In this document: in pieces, positions 14,078 through 29,200 of the stretch
Numbering within the stretch: position 1 is the stretch's first letter
Layout of the letters: the number at the start of each line of letters is the position of its first letter
NCBI GenBank assembly: GCA_000934665.2
Contig: JYFJ02000400.1
Span: forward strand, 1-64,000
Length of the DNA stretch: 64,000 nt
From: Catajapyx aquilonaris
Taxonomy: Eukaryota
Reading direction: 5' to 3'
The notes under the pieces: model-generated
What the model was told of the DNA's origin: nothing
The model's input: the letters and a program-made list of their open reading frames with translations, nothing else
Databases searched by the model: none
Translations under genes and position numbers: made by a program

Positions 14078-14246
14078 ATGCAGCGACAAACCAGCCGAGA
14101 AAGCGCTGTGTCGCAGCAGCAGATGACCTCCTCCAGCATGGAGCAAAGGAGCACTTCGTCTTCTGTCGTCAGGGAAAGTCGCACCATGGAGTCGACTCGG
14201 ATGTCAAGACAGTCGACCCAGCAGTCCTTTCAGACCTCACAGCAAG
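14078..14246 (+). CDS. sls: First coding exon of kettin/sls (S/Q/T-rich N-terminus)
   Basis: MQRQTSRESAVSQQQ...QTSQQ; phase-1 donor CAA G|GTATAC. Confidence 0.85.
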
Positions 14247-17200
14247 GTATACCGCTTTCAAAAAAAAAAAAAATTTGATTGTGAATATTAGTTAGCCCAA
14301 AAATTTAAAAACAAAAATTGTTGCTGATGCACATCCGGATCTACCAGTGGTAATGCGCATGCGCTATTGTTGGAATTTTGTGTGACGCGGTTTTTCCGGA
14401 AGACTTTTGCAAAAAAAAAAAAAACGTAACCAGTTCTGTAACCAGTTGCGAAACGTAACATCCCGCTGACACACACGGATGAAAATAGAAGCCTGATTTT
14501 CCGGGATGATACGATTTATTAATAGAAAAACCCGCAAAATTTTCACGAAAAATTGTGGCCTGATTTATTTTTTCTGGCCCAGTTCCGCCAGTTCCGTCAT
14601 TACTAAAATTGGGCCGCTCCAATTCGTCGAAATGTGCGTATTTTTTTAAAAAAATAAAAAAGGCGAAATGTTTAGTCTACTGAAAGACATATCCTATGGA
14701 GAATGGGCTTATCAGAAAGAATCAATGGATTTGGTCACAATGGATAGCAGAGTAGAAATGGGCCAAAAATGGGTCTGTGAAATCTGATCGGAATGGGGGT
14801 AGGTGTAGAAGAGGGTGGGGGGGGGGGGTTGCTCTGGGGTAAAAACTATATTTAGCAGAGACTCTCCGGTCGCTGCGAAATTTTGCCACGACGCTACTGA
14901 CGCCACCAGGCTGCAGCAGCATGCGTCAACCTACCTCCCACTCACTCAAAAAAAAATTGCATTCAAAATATTTTTTTTTGCAAAATCGAAGAAATTGCGA
15001 TTCCGGCCTGTTGTTTCTGGTGAAAGGATTTGGTTTCCACTGGAAAACCTTGACACTCATTTCCGTCCACTAATAGTTGGTGTCGACGATATTGTGCGAA
15101 TAAATTGAATTTTTATGACTCGATCAATGTGCTGATTAATTGTAGAGAAAATGTTCGCTCTATCATGAAGTAATGAGAGAAAAAAATGAATTATTTATGG
15201 AGAAAGTCTCAAAACACATTTTGCAAAATTATTCGCAACAAATTCATTAATTTACATGAATACTAATTAAGGAATTGCCCATTTGTCCACAGTGCTTTTC
15301 GATGATAATCCCATGTTGAATCTGCGATTTGAGTAGCTTATGGTGTGAAAGTGTCAAGTGCACCATTTTCGTTGGGTAATCGGATTGTCACCAATATTGG
15401 CAAGAAAAACCTGTTGTTGATTGTCGGCTTTATCTGAAAGGTGTCACTGGCAATTTGGAGCGTTTGGCTGGCCATTTTAATGGGGAGTGTTTTATACCGT
15501 TCGGTACTTTGCCGAACTGAGCCACAAAGCTGTGTTGTAAACTTGATTAGTAATTATGATTCAGGGCCGTGCCAAATTCGTTTGCGACTATTAAAAAAAT
15601 TGCGAGAACGTCTAGGTTAGGCATAATTGCAAATCCTTGCTTGGCAATGAAGTGCTTCGAGTCAGTGAAAATGAAACGTGTGAATGTCCCTTCACATCAG
15701 GAAGGACGAATTAGTGAACCTGGTTTATTTCTAAATTTTCCAGTCAATTTATTCATCACAATAAGTCACGTGCTAAATTTCTTCAGCACTATTTTGAAAG
15801 TGATGAACGCGGATGCTGCTTGAACATCACTCTCCAGGAAATGACGTGGAGATGAGGAACTTGCCAAAAGCAACACATTCACATCGTACTTTCTTTACTG
15901 GCTGTTTCTTTACTGCTCTTAATGTCAATAATCATATTTTTTCCATTCTGGTAACTTTGAGTGTGCAACATGTCTTGCTGGAGGATCTTATGATGATTAT
16001 GAATGAATTATGATGAACACAAGATTGAACTGAGATTGATGTATTGGCTTATTGGTGCAAGTGATACTATAAGAACAGCATGAGACGTCAAGTCAGAATT
16101 GGAAATGACAAGGGAGATGGCAGGTGATCAGTTTGAGTCACGTGTTGGCACCTTCTAGTTTGGCACCTTTTGATGCCAACTGCGACTGCACAAACCCGCA
16201 CATTGCAAATGTCATACTTAGAAATTTCGAATGAACAAGTGCAGTATTAATACACCAACCACGCATGATTCCTGGAAAGTGTGGAGTGCAACAAATTAGT
16301 GTGAATCATGAGTTTATTACTAATCTGCGCAATCTTTAAGCTTCGTGTAATGTTGCATTGAGTTGTTATTGAAACAATGATTTTCTCATGTTGTCCATCC
16401 CAGATTAGCATATTGTTGTAGAAAGCATAAAAATTGAGGCAGCATGTTGTTCAGGGTCGTGAGCCTTTTCTTTAAACGTTCCTCTTTGTTTCCTGGACGT
16501 TTTGACGTACGTGAAACAGTTGCGTGTGACAGGCGCTAAGTACATTAGGCCAATTTGGTTTGCCAAAAACTGAGCTGCTGGGATGGGGAGGGGTAAAGGA
16601 GGGTGTTGTCTGGAATTAGGGGTAAACGATCTCCTTACGACAACTTCTGCCCCGTTTGGCTCCTCATATCGTCTGGGATGCCTTGCAGGGGAGTAGCCAA
16701 AGAATTTGTTTATTTAAAAAACCCCACAAGGACCTTCGACCAAATCAGATATGGGCACAATTTGCAAACTGTTGCCAAACTATGCACATGCAAAATGTCC
16801 AGTCTTTGCACATGATTGCCTAAAGCTGTACTCGATAAATATGTGGGTTCATGCATCCTATAATATCCTCAGGCAAATAATTGCGATTTTTTTTTGCAAT
16901 GAATTCTAATAGAAAGTAATTTAACATGAAATACCTTGTATGGGGAGATCAGTGAAATATTTAAATATGCAGAAGTTAGTGAGAGTGTGAAACTGTTTTG
17001 ATATATTATGGATGAAATACTATACTTTTGCTTGTACTTTTATTATAACATGGATTGGGTAATACAGTACAAGTGTCCTGCTGATAAAGGCACTGCTGAT
17101 AAGTGCATAAATTAAGTGGTAAAATATATTGCTCCTGTCTAAAGTGAATTCTCTTTCATTTCAGTGCAAGGGATGGTGCTCCAGGCTCCCGGACAGTTGT

Positions 17201-20200
17201 AAGTTAACACTTTGTTATTTTAATTAATTTACTGTAATAATTATTATCACCTTGTGAGTCACAAGTTCAAAAGTTGCTGTTTCGGAACTTTGGTAATGAT
17301 AAACACAAAAAAGCGAACTTTGTTGACGAGGCATCAAAAAAGCAGGTCAACAGCATTCACTCCCATCATTTAATAGTGAAATTAATGCTGGTGACCTTTC
17401 CGTCCTGGAAATTAAAAACCGGCACCATGCACCACATGCTGACATTCAATATCACTCCTGAAATAACACTGACTCCATGCAGTTTATTACACTGAATGTT
17501 TCACACCACATAAATGTCCAGTTGAAGTCAAAAGACCTGTAATGCACAGCAGCAAAAGAGAGATAGTAACTTGTAACTTGTAAAACTGTTTCTTCCTCCA
17601 AAAAAACCATCAAAAACAAAAAATCAGCAACACTGTAGTGTCGGTGACAGCAGTTGTTGGAAGGGGGCATTTTTACAGCACTTCCTCTCCGTTGGATTGG
17701 TCTCATTGGCACCAGGAACTTTGCCAAGAAAACCAAAAGGAATGGGCTAAATTTAATCCAAGCCAGCAGGAGATATATCATGCTGCATGGAGTTATTTTG
17801 GGATCCTCAGTTATTTACCTTTGAGGCAAGGAATTTTGGACGGGATTGTGTTTCTGTTGCCAGGGACCTTAAATTTTGGGTCACATGGTTGGGATGTCAT
17901 GAACGGATAGAGGCGACTTGTTTTACGAGATTGTATCGTCTCTGTACATTGTTTTTTAAGAAGGTTGCCTGCGTATCAAAGCACTTGGCAAGCATAACTA
18001 CATGCTTCAGGTACCAGAATTACAGTAACATTACAGTGTAATTGACAATCATTTTTGACAGCCTATTGGTTAATTCTATATGACTAGATACACAAATTTT
18101 GCCAACTTAATTATTCCAGACGTTGATGCACAATTACAACCATGACACTACGACTTTAAAGTTACAATCCATAAAAAGCAACACAATGCAATAATCTCAT
18201 AACTAATAATTTTTTATCACATGCCCAAAAACTCCTGAAGTGACTTTCTGTCCGTATAACGAGGACTGTTATCATTTATGAGTGATAATATAGGTGGCAC
18301 ACTTTCTGACTGTAACAACCAGGAAAAAAAACAACTATGAATTACACTGACTTCGCAGCGCTAATAATCTAAAATATTCTGGATGGTTAGATGATCTCTT
18401 TGGAGGAATCGTTTGTCGGAGTGGTCACTCGCTTGTTAGTTAAATGAGAACCGTATTGAAATTGGTGAACTACTGAAGTCCTTTTGGCTCAAAAGACATG
18501 CAAAATAGTTGTACACAGGAGCTTATATCCAGTGTTCTTGGTGGTGGTTTTAGGTTGACCTAAATTCCAATGGGTGGACTTATGTTCCAGACCTTGAGAC
18601 TTATAGGAAGGCTGCAGCTATGAATAAAGCAATATATAGGATTTAAAAGTTTACAGACGGATCATTTTGAGAATGACTTTAAAAAATGAAAATTTTGGTT
18701 TAACGACAGTGCATTTTATGAGGCAATATGCTTCCTGCCCATTTCATTTGGAATAACAAGCACCATTTTGTGTCTGGAGATTATGGCCTGTGCAGTATTT
18801 TATGAGATGCATTGAAAGAGGTTTAGGGAGGTCGGGTCATAGTGTCATGGACACCATTGGCTTGTGACTTTTCGGTCATTCAGTATGTGAAAAACCAGTC
18901 GCTATGTTGTGTCATATACCCACTTTACCAGGAGCAGATGCTAAGAATGACCACTGGATTTCCATCCAAACTACAAACCGCTTGGTTCATGAAAACTCAC
19001 TCTTAAATAAGGACCAGGAAGGAGTTGGATTTCGACAGCTGTTTACCGACTTTAAATGAATGTCAAGTTTATCTGTTTGCTTGGGCAAGCTCATAACTCG
19101 GTTTTTAGTACTTTTGAGATATGCTGCTGAAGTAAGCATGACCCACATTTTGGGCCAACACCATTTGGACTATTGGGTAATGGACATGGGACATCACAGG
19201 TTCATTTGGAAGGTAGTTCACAAATGCTTACAAAAAGGAAAATATTTCTGACAGCATGATATATTGTGACTCCATGGTGATATGATTTATCCAACATCGT
19301 ATATGAGTATCTGCAATGATTGGATGTGTTTCGACTTTTCAGAGCTGGTATGCCACCAAACGCATCGCCTCCTGTTTTCGAGCAGATTTTCAGGAATGCC
19401 CGATTTGCCCATGGCGGAAACGCTCTTTTCGAAGGCAAATTGCGAGGCAATCCTAAGCCACAAGTGACTTGGACTAGAAAGGGTGCTCCATTTATAGGTG
19501 AGTTACAAAATATAAAATTGGGATTATCAAGTTGTAGATATTGATGAGCACTTTTTTTAAATTGAATTACAGCAAGTAACAAGTATCAAATGAGGTACGA
19601 AGAGCAAACTGGCAAGATTTCACTTCTGATCACAAATATAGGCCCTGGTGATGAGGGTGAATACACTTGCACAGCAAGGAATCAGTTTGGAGAAGCTGTT
19701 TGTACTGTGTACATTCAGCCAGAAGGTAAATAGTTTGTCCACTTTTAAGAACTTTTTTTTGCTGTATCGCAATCACCATAATTGTGTCCATTGCAGCTCA
19801 ATTTCAAATGTCGCAGCAGTTTGAACAAACCCAAGTCCAAATGTCTACAGGCCAAGGTGGATACCAGAAGGAGGTCCAAACGAGTTCAGAATCACGTGTT
19901 TCAGGTATGTATCATAGCGTCTTTCCGAGCGATATGAACCTAATGCTATTAACTACTGTTTCAGGCTCTCATATCCAAACGCAACACGACCAGAGATTTG
20001 AGAGGTCTGTCGAAGGCAACATGCAACAGAGGGCTCCTATTGGATATAGGGCTCCAAGCACTCCCACCACTCCGGTGAGGCCACAGTATGTCACAAATGG
20101 ATCAATTGTCGAAGAGGTAGGCTTACGTCAATCTTTACATTATTGTACTTGTGGAAGTTGCATCACGATTGGTGTGATTTTACAGGATTTCAAGGTGGAC

Positions 20201-23200
20201 ACATTTGAGTACCGCCTCCTGAGAGAGATTGAGTTCCGCGAGTCTATCACAAGGCGATTCATAGGCGAAGTGGAGGAGAAGATTGAGCAGCTTCCAGGAC
20301 CGATGATGCCATCTCAGATTGTCCAGAAGCCACGAAACTCTAAGCTAGTGGAAGGATCAGAGGCCGTCTTTCAAGTGAGGGTGGCCGGTAACCCAAAACC
20401 AAGGATTTCCTGGTTCAAGAATGGCAAGCGACTTGTGCAGTCACAGAAGTTTCAGATGACTCACACCAACAACATTGCCACCCTCAGAATTAAGAGTGTC
20501 ACTGCTCAGGATGGCGGCCATTACACAATGCTCGCCGAAAATCCTACAGGTACATCCTCATCGGTTCTTAGTCATTAACTGTAAGGTCGTACGCCATTAG
20601 AGTTTTAAATGAAAATTGTGCAATTTTTATGAGTCACTCACTTTCCTGTCATTATTTTAGATAGATTGGTTGCTCAGTAGTTTCGTAGTTTTTGCATCAC
20701 CAGTTATTACATTTTGATTATTTTTCTAGGCTGTGTTGTATCTTCCGGTTACTTGGCTGTGGAAGCTACCACTGCCCAAGAGGAAGTGCAGTTCAAGCCA
20801 AGCCGACCCACAGATGGAGTGGTTGATGGGGTTGTGCCACGAGCCTAGTAAGTTGAATGCGGATTAATTTTTACTGCTTCTCAAGCTTTAGGTGAACCGT
20901 CTTTAAGAATATTTGAGCATACCGGTATGTCTATTGCAGCGAACCTCCCTTGAAGCAAGCCCCACCTCGCACCCCCCAACCGGTGGAATTCCCCGAAACT
21001 GATGTTGGCGACCCCAAGACTATGGCCCCCAACTTTATCCGTGTGATCCAAGACAAAGAGGCGTCTGAGGGAAAGATGGCACGCTTTGACTGCCGCGTGT
21101 CAGGCCGTCCCTTCCCAGAAGTCCAGTGGTACATCAACAACCGTCTGGTGGTTAACGACATGACGCACAAGATCCTGATCAATGAGGCAGGAAACCATTC
21201 CCTGATGATCACCAACGTGTCCAGGGAAGATGCGGGCACACTCTCATGCTTGGCCAGGAACAAGAGCGGAGAAGCCGCTTGCCAGGCGACCATCAGCGTA
21301 ATCGAGAAAGAGCAGGTGGTCTCGCCGAAGTTTGTGGAGAGGTTCACCACCGTCAATGTGAGGGAAGGAGAGCCAGTCAATCTGCATGCGAGGGCAGTGG
21401 GAACACCTGTGCCTCGCATCACCTGGCAGAAGGATGGAGTCACAATTGGACCAACACCAGAGTGTCACATCTCAGTGGACGGAGGTGCATCCACCATGGA
21501 CATACCCTGTGCCCGTGCTATGGACGCAGGGTGGTACCAGTGTACTGCTCAGAACTCGGCTGGTTCAACTGCCACCCGAGCCAGGCTTTTTGTCGAGAGG
21601 CCAAAGGGACCCAGTTCTGAACCATGGAGACTTACACTGCCGAAACCAACCAAAGTCATCGAACCTGAGTGAGTGCAAGTCACAATAGGCAATAATGTTG
21701 CATGTTTTAATCCTTGATTAGAATTTGAGGCTTCAATTGGTTGTTTCTATTGGACAAATTTTGAACCTGTCTTTATTGAATTGTCAGGAGGCCTCCTGAA
21801 CCAGAGGTGATCTACCTCCGCCATGTGGAGCGAGCTGCCCCGCACCTTCCCCGCGAGGAAGAAGATCGCATGTACGAACCTCCTGTCTTTTTGACTCCCC
21901 TGGGTGATGTGAACCAAGTGGAAGGCGGCCGTGCTCATTTTGAGGCAAAGGTGCATCCAGTAGGAGATCCCACCATGAGAATCGAGTGGTACATCAACGG
22001 ACAACCCTTGTCTGCAAGCTCCAGGGCAAATGTCACTTTCCGCTTTGGTTACATTGCATTGGATCTCATCAGTCTGATCACTTCCGATGCAGGCGTGTAC
22101 ACCTGCCGCGTACTCAGTGCATCTGGATCGGCAGAGTCCGCAGCTACTCTCAACGTGCAGCGTAAGTTTACTGTGATTGTAAAATTAATGCAACTTGCTT
22201 TATTTGATGGTTTCTGCCTTCAGCTCGTGCCTCAATCGAGATGAGCACCCAACACCCAGACAGCCTCCAGCGCATCCAGTTTCTGGAAGATACCTCCCAG
22301 TTCCAACGTAGCCAGAGCATTGAGGAGGTGGTGACCCAGAAGCCTGTGTTTATCCGCCCCATCCAGAGCTTGGGTGACCTGCAGGAAGGACGTAATGCCC
22401 ACTTTGAAGGCCATCTGACTCCCGTCAGCGACTCCACCATGAAGGTGGAATGGTACAAGGATGGAAGGCCTATCACTGCATCCTCAAGAATTACCAGCAT
22501 CTTCAACTTTGGATACGTGTCCCTCAACATCATGAGTCTGAGGGCTGAGGATAGTGGGACATACATTTGCCGTGCTGTCAACAAATTAGGGGAGGCCATC
22601 AGCCAGGGAACTGTCTCTGTCTACTGTAAGTATATCGATGTTGCTACGTTGACCAGTTTTATCTATGATTTTTTAAATCCATCAGCTCGTAGCGGTGTGA
22701 CTGGCGATCTTGGAATCCCAGAGCAGCAGCGCTACATTGAGAAGATTGAGCAGTTGGAGGCGTACCAACTTCAACAGCAGATGAGGGAGAGCCAGGAGCT
22801 GCCTGAGAGCACGGTTCCACCCGAATTCAAGAATCCTATTCAGGATCAGCTGAATATCCGGGAGGGAGGATTCGCGCACTTTGAAGCCAGACTGGAACCG
22901 GTTGGGGATTCAACTTTGAGGGTTGAGTGGCTGAAGGACGGGAGGCCAGTTGAAGCAAGTGAGTGGCATTTGCACGTCCCTGAAATAATCGTAACAACTT
23001 TGTAACGCAAATTTTACTACTCCAGGCTCACGAATCACAAGCTTCTTCAACTTCGGTTATGTGGCCCTGACTATTAAGCAAGTGACGATACATGACATAG
23101 GAACCTACACTTGCAGAGCGTACAATGTAATTGGAGAAGCACACACAACTGCAAAACTCACAGTTGTCAGCAAGAAAGACATCATCTTCGATTCGCAACA

Positions 23201-26200
23201 TCCAGAGGGACTGGAGAAGATCCAGTATCTGGAAGATACAAGGTACGAAGCATTAGAGCTTATCAAATGAGTTGGTCGATCATCCCAGAGCTCAATGTGA
23301 TTATAAGAATGAAAGAAGTGTTAGGAACCATGCACCACAGATTGTGTTATTAATTAATGCCACATTTATATTACAGCCGGTTCGCTCGCAGTGTACAAGA
23401 GGAAGCAACAGTTACGCAGAAGCCCCGCTTTATGGGGCCCTTGAAAGGAACAACTAGGATAGTGGAGGGACAAAGAGCTCATTTCGAAATCCGACTCGAA
23501 CCACAAAACGATCCCACCATGAAGGTGAGTCTCTCGTCGACTTCCCATCGAGACATTTTCTGAGCATATTCCTTCGCAGGTGGAATGGTACTTCAATGGG
23601 AAGCCTGTGATGACAGCAACTAGGATTCAGACGTACCATGACTTCGGGTACGTTGCCCTGGACATCTTGAGTGTCAGGTCAGAGGATACTGGAACCTACA
23701 CTGTTGTCGCTAGGAATGCCCTGGGAGAGGCAAAGGAGTCTGCCAGCATGCAGGTCGAAAGTAAGATCATATTGTTGTAATTCCTGTTTATTGGATGCGG
23801 ATTTTAATTTCACGAATGCTTTCAGTCCGTGGTAGCATCGATACTTCAAGCATGCACAAGGTGAGCATGGAGAAAGCCCAGCGCTTGGAGGATTCCAAGT
23901 TCCAGGAGCCGCGCTACGAGATTGAGGAGATCTCCAAATCGAAGCCCATCTTTGTGCAGCCCCTGAGCGACCTGAAGCCAATCCCAGAGGGGAAGAACAT
24001 TCACCTTGAGTGCCGATTGGAACCAATGGGTGATCCAACCATGCGGGTTGAGTGGTTCTTCAACGGACGCCCAATCACCGTTGGGTCAAGGTTCAAGACT
24101 TACTATGATTTTGGATATGTCGCACTGGACGTCGTTGGAACCTCGACTCTTGACTCAGGAGAATACACAGTTAGAGCCACCAACCACCTTGGAAGTGCCC
24201 ACACTTCCGCATGCGTGCAGGTAAAATTTCATCATTTTTGTAGCGAATAGCTATGTTAACATCATGTTTGAACTTCGAAATGGAGAATTTAGCCGACTGA
24301 ATCTGGAGCGGATGGTAATGCGGCAATTAACTTTTTAGGTGATTGGCCAGGCCGACATTTTGACTGACAGCCAGCATGAGGCTGCGATGGAGCAGATCCA
24401 ATACTTGGAGGATTCCTCTCGCTACCAACGAAATGCATACGAAGATTCCTCCCAGAATCAGATGCCTACTTTCACAAAGGCTTTGCACAACATGGAAACA
24501 GTGGAAGGAACAAACATCCATCTGGAAGCACGTCTGCAACCTGTAGGAGACCCCAGCATGAGGGTTGATTGGTACATTAACGGAAGGCCTATACCAGTCG
24601 GTAAGTGGGACACCCCCGGACTATTCACGTAATTACACTAATCATTATGAAACATAAGAAAACGTCATTCCATATCATGAGAACTTGCTCATTAACACTA
24701 ACATATCTAAATAGACGGCTATTGTCCACCTTGCTAATTTGCTGAATTAGGCCGCGTTTACATGTGAGCGATTTGATCAGCGAAGTGTGGCGATCCAATA
24801 GTTGGGAGCGAAAGTAACAATAGATTTTCTACCCCAAACAATTGGCGAATTTCTGACATGTAAACGCAGCCTGAAGCAGCAATATTCATAGAATTACTAC
24901 AATGACCGATACTAATTCGCAGCAATTAGCACAACATTCATGCTGATATTATTCCACACTCACTGGAGGGGATATAGTACAATGGGGGCTGAATTGAACT
25001 AACACGATGCAAACATGTTACTCATGTCTTTTTTGCACCACATGCACTCATTTCCCACAGGACACAGATTCAGACCTGCGTATGAGTTTGACTACGTCGC
25101 ACTGGATGTCCTCAGCGTGTACCCCGAGGACTCGGGTGTTTACACCTGCAGGGCCGTTAATAACATGGGAGAAGCGGTCACATCCTGCTCAGTCAAGTGC
25201 ATCGGTAAGGAGGTCCAGACGGGCCAACCATGGGTTGTCTTGAGAAAAACATCACAGTAATATTTCTGTAGACCAAACTAGAGGTGCAAGTAGTCCTTAC
25301 GTAGATTATGATTTTTAAAAAGAGTTTATTTTCAGTTCTTGAGTTGCAGTTCAGTAGTTGCAGTAGTGATTTTTTTTTTTTTTTGAAAAAGTGATCTTAC
25401 AGCGCTTTTTTTTCCAGCTTTAACATTTTTTGCATTTGTGGCTTCTGCCTTTTTACAAAAGTAGACGGGTGATAATTTGTTAGCTGAATATTATTTTTTT
25501 TATGCATGTAATGTGTCTTGTCGCAAGCAGACTCATAAACAGTTTTGTTTGAGAGAGAGAGTTCTAAATAAATTGTTCATACTGAGCTGCTGAAATTACG
25601 AGGGGAAATTTATCACAATATTTCATTACACTGACGTTTTGTTCTTCCATAAACTCATTTAAACATATATTTGGATTGGTTAATTGGTGCTGGGTTTGAA
25701 TTAACGGTTCATACTCATGTGCACATACGAAACAGATGGGGAATGGAAAAAAAATTATTGAGATTGTAATCAGTGTAAACAAGCATGCTCATTATGAAAT
25801 TGTTTAGTTGTGAGCGATTTTTCTAGTCAAGCAGACTCATTATAAACAGATTTTGTCGTGAGCGGATTCAGCTGTACTGGGGTTTGAATAAATTGTTAAT
25901 GCTCAGCTTCATAAGTTGTTTCAAATGCTTAGGAATAACAAACAAAAAAAAGAACCTTCTTCCCTGGCTCTACAATCAAAACAGGGCACCTTCTTCTTCT
26001 TCTTCTGTCTGGGTTTTAGTCACTTCCATTGCTGGACGAACTAATTGTGTTGTGCCTTCTGCAGCAAAGCGTGACCTGATCCTCGAGAGCCAGCACAAAG
26101 ATGCACTGGAGAAGATCCAGTACTTGGAGGATACTTCTCGCTACCAGAAGCGCGAGTACATTGATGAGGTCGTGAATGTGAGGCCCAAGTTTGTGACTAA

Positions 26201-29200
26201 GCCAAAGAGCATGGACGGGCTAAGGGAAGGGCAGAACGCACACTTTGAGTGCAAGCTGGAGCCAGTAGCCGACCCGCATCTGAAGGTCGAGTGGTTTAAG
26301 AACGGGAGGCCAATCACTGTTGGACATCGGTTCAGGCCCATTCACGACTTTGGTTATGTCGCTCTGGACATTGTTGGAATCATCGCGGAGGACTCCGGGG
26401 TCTACACATGCAGGGCTGTTAATCTGTTGGGCGTGGATGAAGTCAGCTGCACTCTCAACTGCCGAGGTGAGGATCCAAAGTAGTCGAGACATTGCGGTGT
26501 AAAAGATGTCTTGCGATTGGCACATTCCTTACACCCCCCAAAAAATTACATCAGAATTTAGAGTACGGCAATAGCAAATATTTTTCTCTTCTTAGAAATA
26601 CCTTTTGGTGACACAAGGCAGTAAATTTTGCTTTGTTGCACTTATTTTTCAAAGATCACTACTCTTACGTCTCTTTGATAACATTGAGATTATGGCAGTA
26701 ATGATCTGTTTGCTAATCACATTTTAATATCAGTGAATGTAGTAAGCATTATTTTTTAAAATTAAATTTTAGGAACTGCCCAGATCCTAACTGGCACCCA
26801 GAACGAGATGGGCATGGAGCAGATCCAGATGCTGGAGGACCGCTCCCGCTATCAGCGCTCTGAATACGCTGAAGAAACAACCTCTCAGGCGCCGGTGTTC
26901 ACGTCTTCACTGAAAAATATTCACATCAAGGAAAGTCAGAGGGCACATTTCGAGTGCCGACTGATCCCTGTGTCTGACCCAACCATGAAGGTCGAGTGGT
27001 TCCATAACAACATGCCAGTCAAATCTGGAAGCAGGTTCACCGAAGCGACCAACTTCGGATACGTCACTCTGGACATCATGTATGCCTATCCCGAGGACGC
27101 TGGCATGTACACATGCAGAGCTAGAAACGCTCTTGGAGACGCTGTCACATCCTGCCAACTTCAAGTGACTTGTGAGTGATTCGATGAAGTAATAATGCCC
27201 CGCATTCTTAACGCTTGCTTATTCACTTTTAGCCAAGAGGTCTATTATCATGGAGACCCAGCATGAGTCCGCCCTGTCTCAGATTGCCCACCTGGAAGAC
27301 TCGTCTCGCAACCAACGTGCTGCGTACCAGGAAGAAGGTGTGCTCCAGGCACCGGTTTTCACACAGCCACTGAGGGACGTCCGACTATTGGAGATGCAAT
27401 GTGCTCATTTTGAGGCCAGACTTATTCCTGTTGGTGATCCGAAGCTTAGGGTTGAATGGCTCAAGAATGGAGTGCCTGTCACTGCATGTGAGTACAGCAA
27501 TCCTAATTTTTTTTTTTTACAATATCATTAATCTACAACTTGCTCAACTACAGCCAACCGCATTACAACAATGCACGACTTTGGCTTTGTTGCCTTCGAC
27601 ATGAAGCAGGTGACTGCACAAGACTCTGGCACTTACACCTGCCGAGCAGTCAACGAGTTGGGACAGGCAGTTACCTCTGCCACCCTCATTGTCCAATGTA
27701 AGTGTCCGTACATTTGCAGTTGGGACGTAACATATATCTGGATTGTTCAATTGTAGCCAAAGCATCGCTGCTCATGGAGAGCCAGCATAAGGATGCCCTG
27801 GAGAAGATCCGTCATTTGGAGGATGCCTCACGCTATCAACGTACTGAAGTTGAGGACGTCATTGTGACCCAGCCTCCTCGATTTGTCGTGCAGCTCAATG
27901 GGCCCACGCAGCTTTGGGAGGGTCAGAGCAGTCACTTTGAATGCAGGATCGAACCTTACCCAGACCCCAACCTGAAGGTCGAATGGTTCCACAACGGAAG
28001 CCCCTTGCAGATTGGTCATCGATTCAGAACTACGTACGACTTTGGCTTCTCTGCCCTTGACATACTTACTGTGTACGCAGAAGATTCAGGAGAGTACACT
28101 GTCAGGGCATCCAACAACATTGGCTGTGCCACCTCTCAAATCAACATTGTCGTTAAATGTGAGTAATTTTTATTTGAACATACGTACATCATGGTCTGTA
28201 TTTTATAAGTTAATAATAATTATTTACATTTGTAAAAATGACAATTTGTAAAACCATTAATATTTTCCACCATCATAATAATGTTCTGTCGTTTTCAGCC
28301 AAGGCATCTCTCATCACTGACTCTCAACACCGAGAAGCCCTCCAGAAGATCCAGTACTTGGAGGATGATTCACGCTACCGCCGCACTGACCAGGAGGAGA
28401 AGGTGGCCCAGGAGAAGCCCGTGTTTGGACGCCCTCTGCGCAACCTGGAGAACCTCGTGGAGGGACAGAGTGCCCATCTGGAGGCCACGCTCACTCCAGT
28501 CAATGACCCGACTATGAAGGTTGAGTGGTACTGCAATGGAAACCCAATCCCACATGGTAAGTGATAGTTACATTAGTACAGTTGGTCTACTTTTAGTTAC
28601 GAAATGACATTAATTTTCCATCGTCAGGTCATCGCTTCAAAACAACGTATGACTTTGGCTTTGTGGCCCTTGACGTACTGTACGCCTATCCTGAAGATTC
28701 TGGCACGTACATGTGCAAGGCGACCAATGCTGTGGGCGAGGCCATGACCACCTGCTCAGTCATAGTTCAAGGTAAACTAGAGCGATACATGCGAGTATGT
28801 GCCGAGGAGGCGGCTGCAAAAGGGTTTGTGATTGGCAAGGCTGTGTCTAAACCTATACCGAGAGGCGATCCCTACAATTAACAGGAGAAGTGGCTCAATC
28901 CACACGTAGTGATTAAGTAATTTTTTTAGTGACAGTGGCGCAGTTAGGAGCTTTGACTGATTGCAGCTAACATTGATTAGGTTGCATACTATTGCTTTTC
29001 TTCCATTAGTTGTACCTGTAAAACTAGGTAGGTGTAAGAAGGGGGCGTTAACCTAGATGCATTTACGTTAGGCTAATTAGTTAATAGCGTTACAGAAAAA
29101 GTGCATATTTTGTAGAGAGCTATGTTTCGTAGAAAAATTGTGCAGGAGGTGGCTTCTAATATGCTAAGTATAGATTGCGTATTGGTTTATTTATGAAAAT

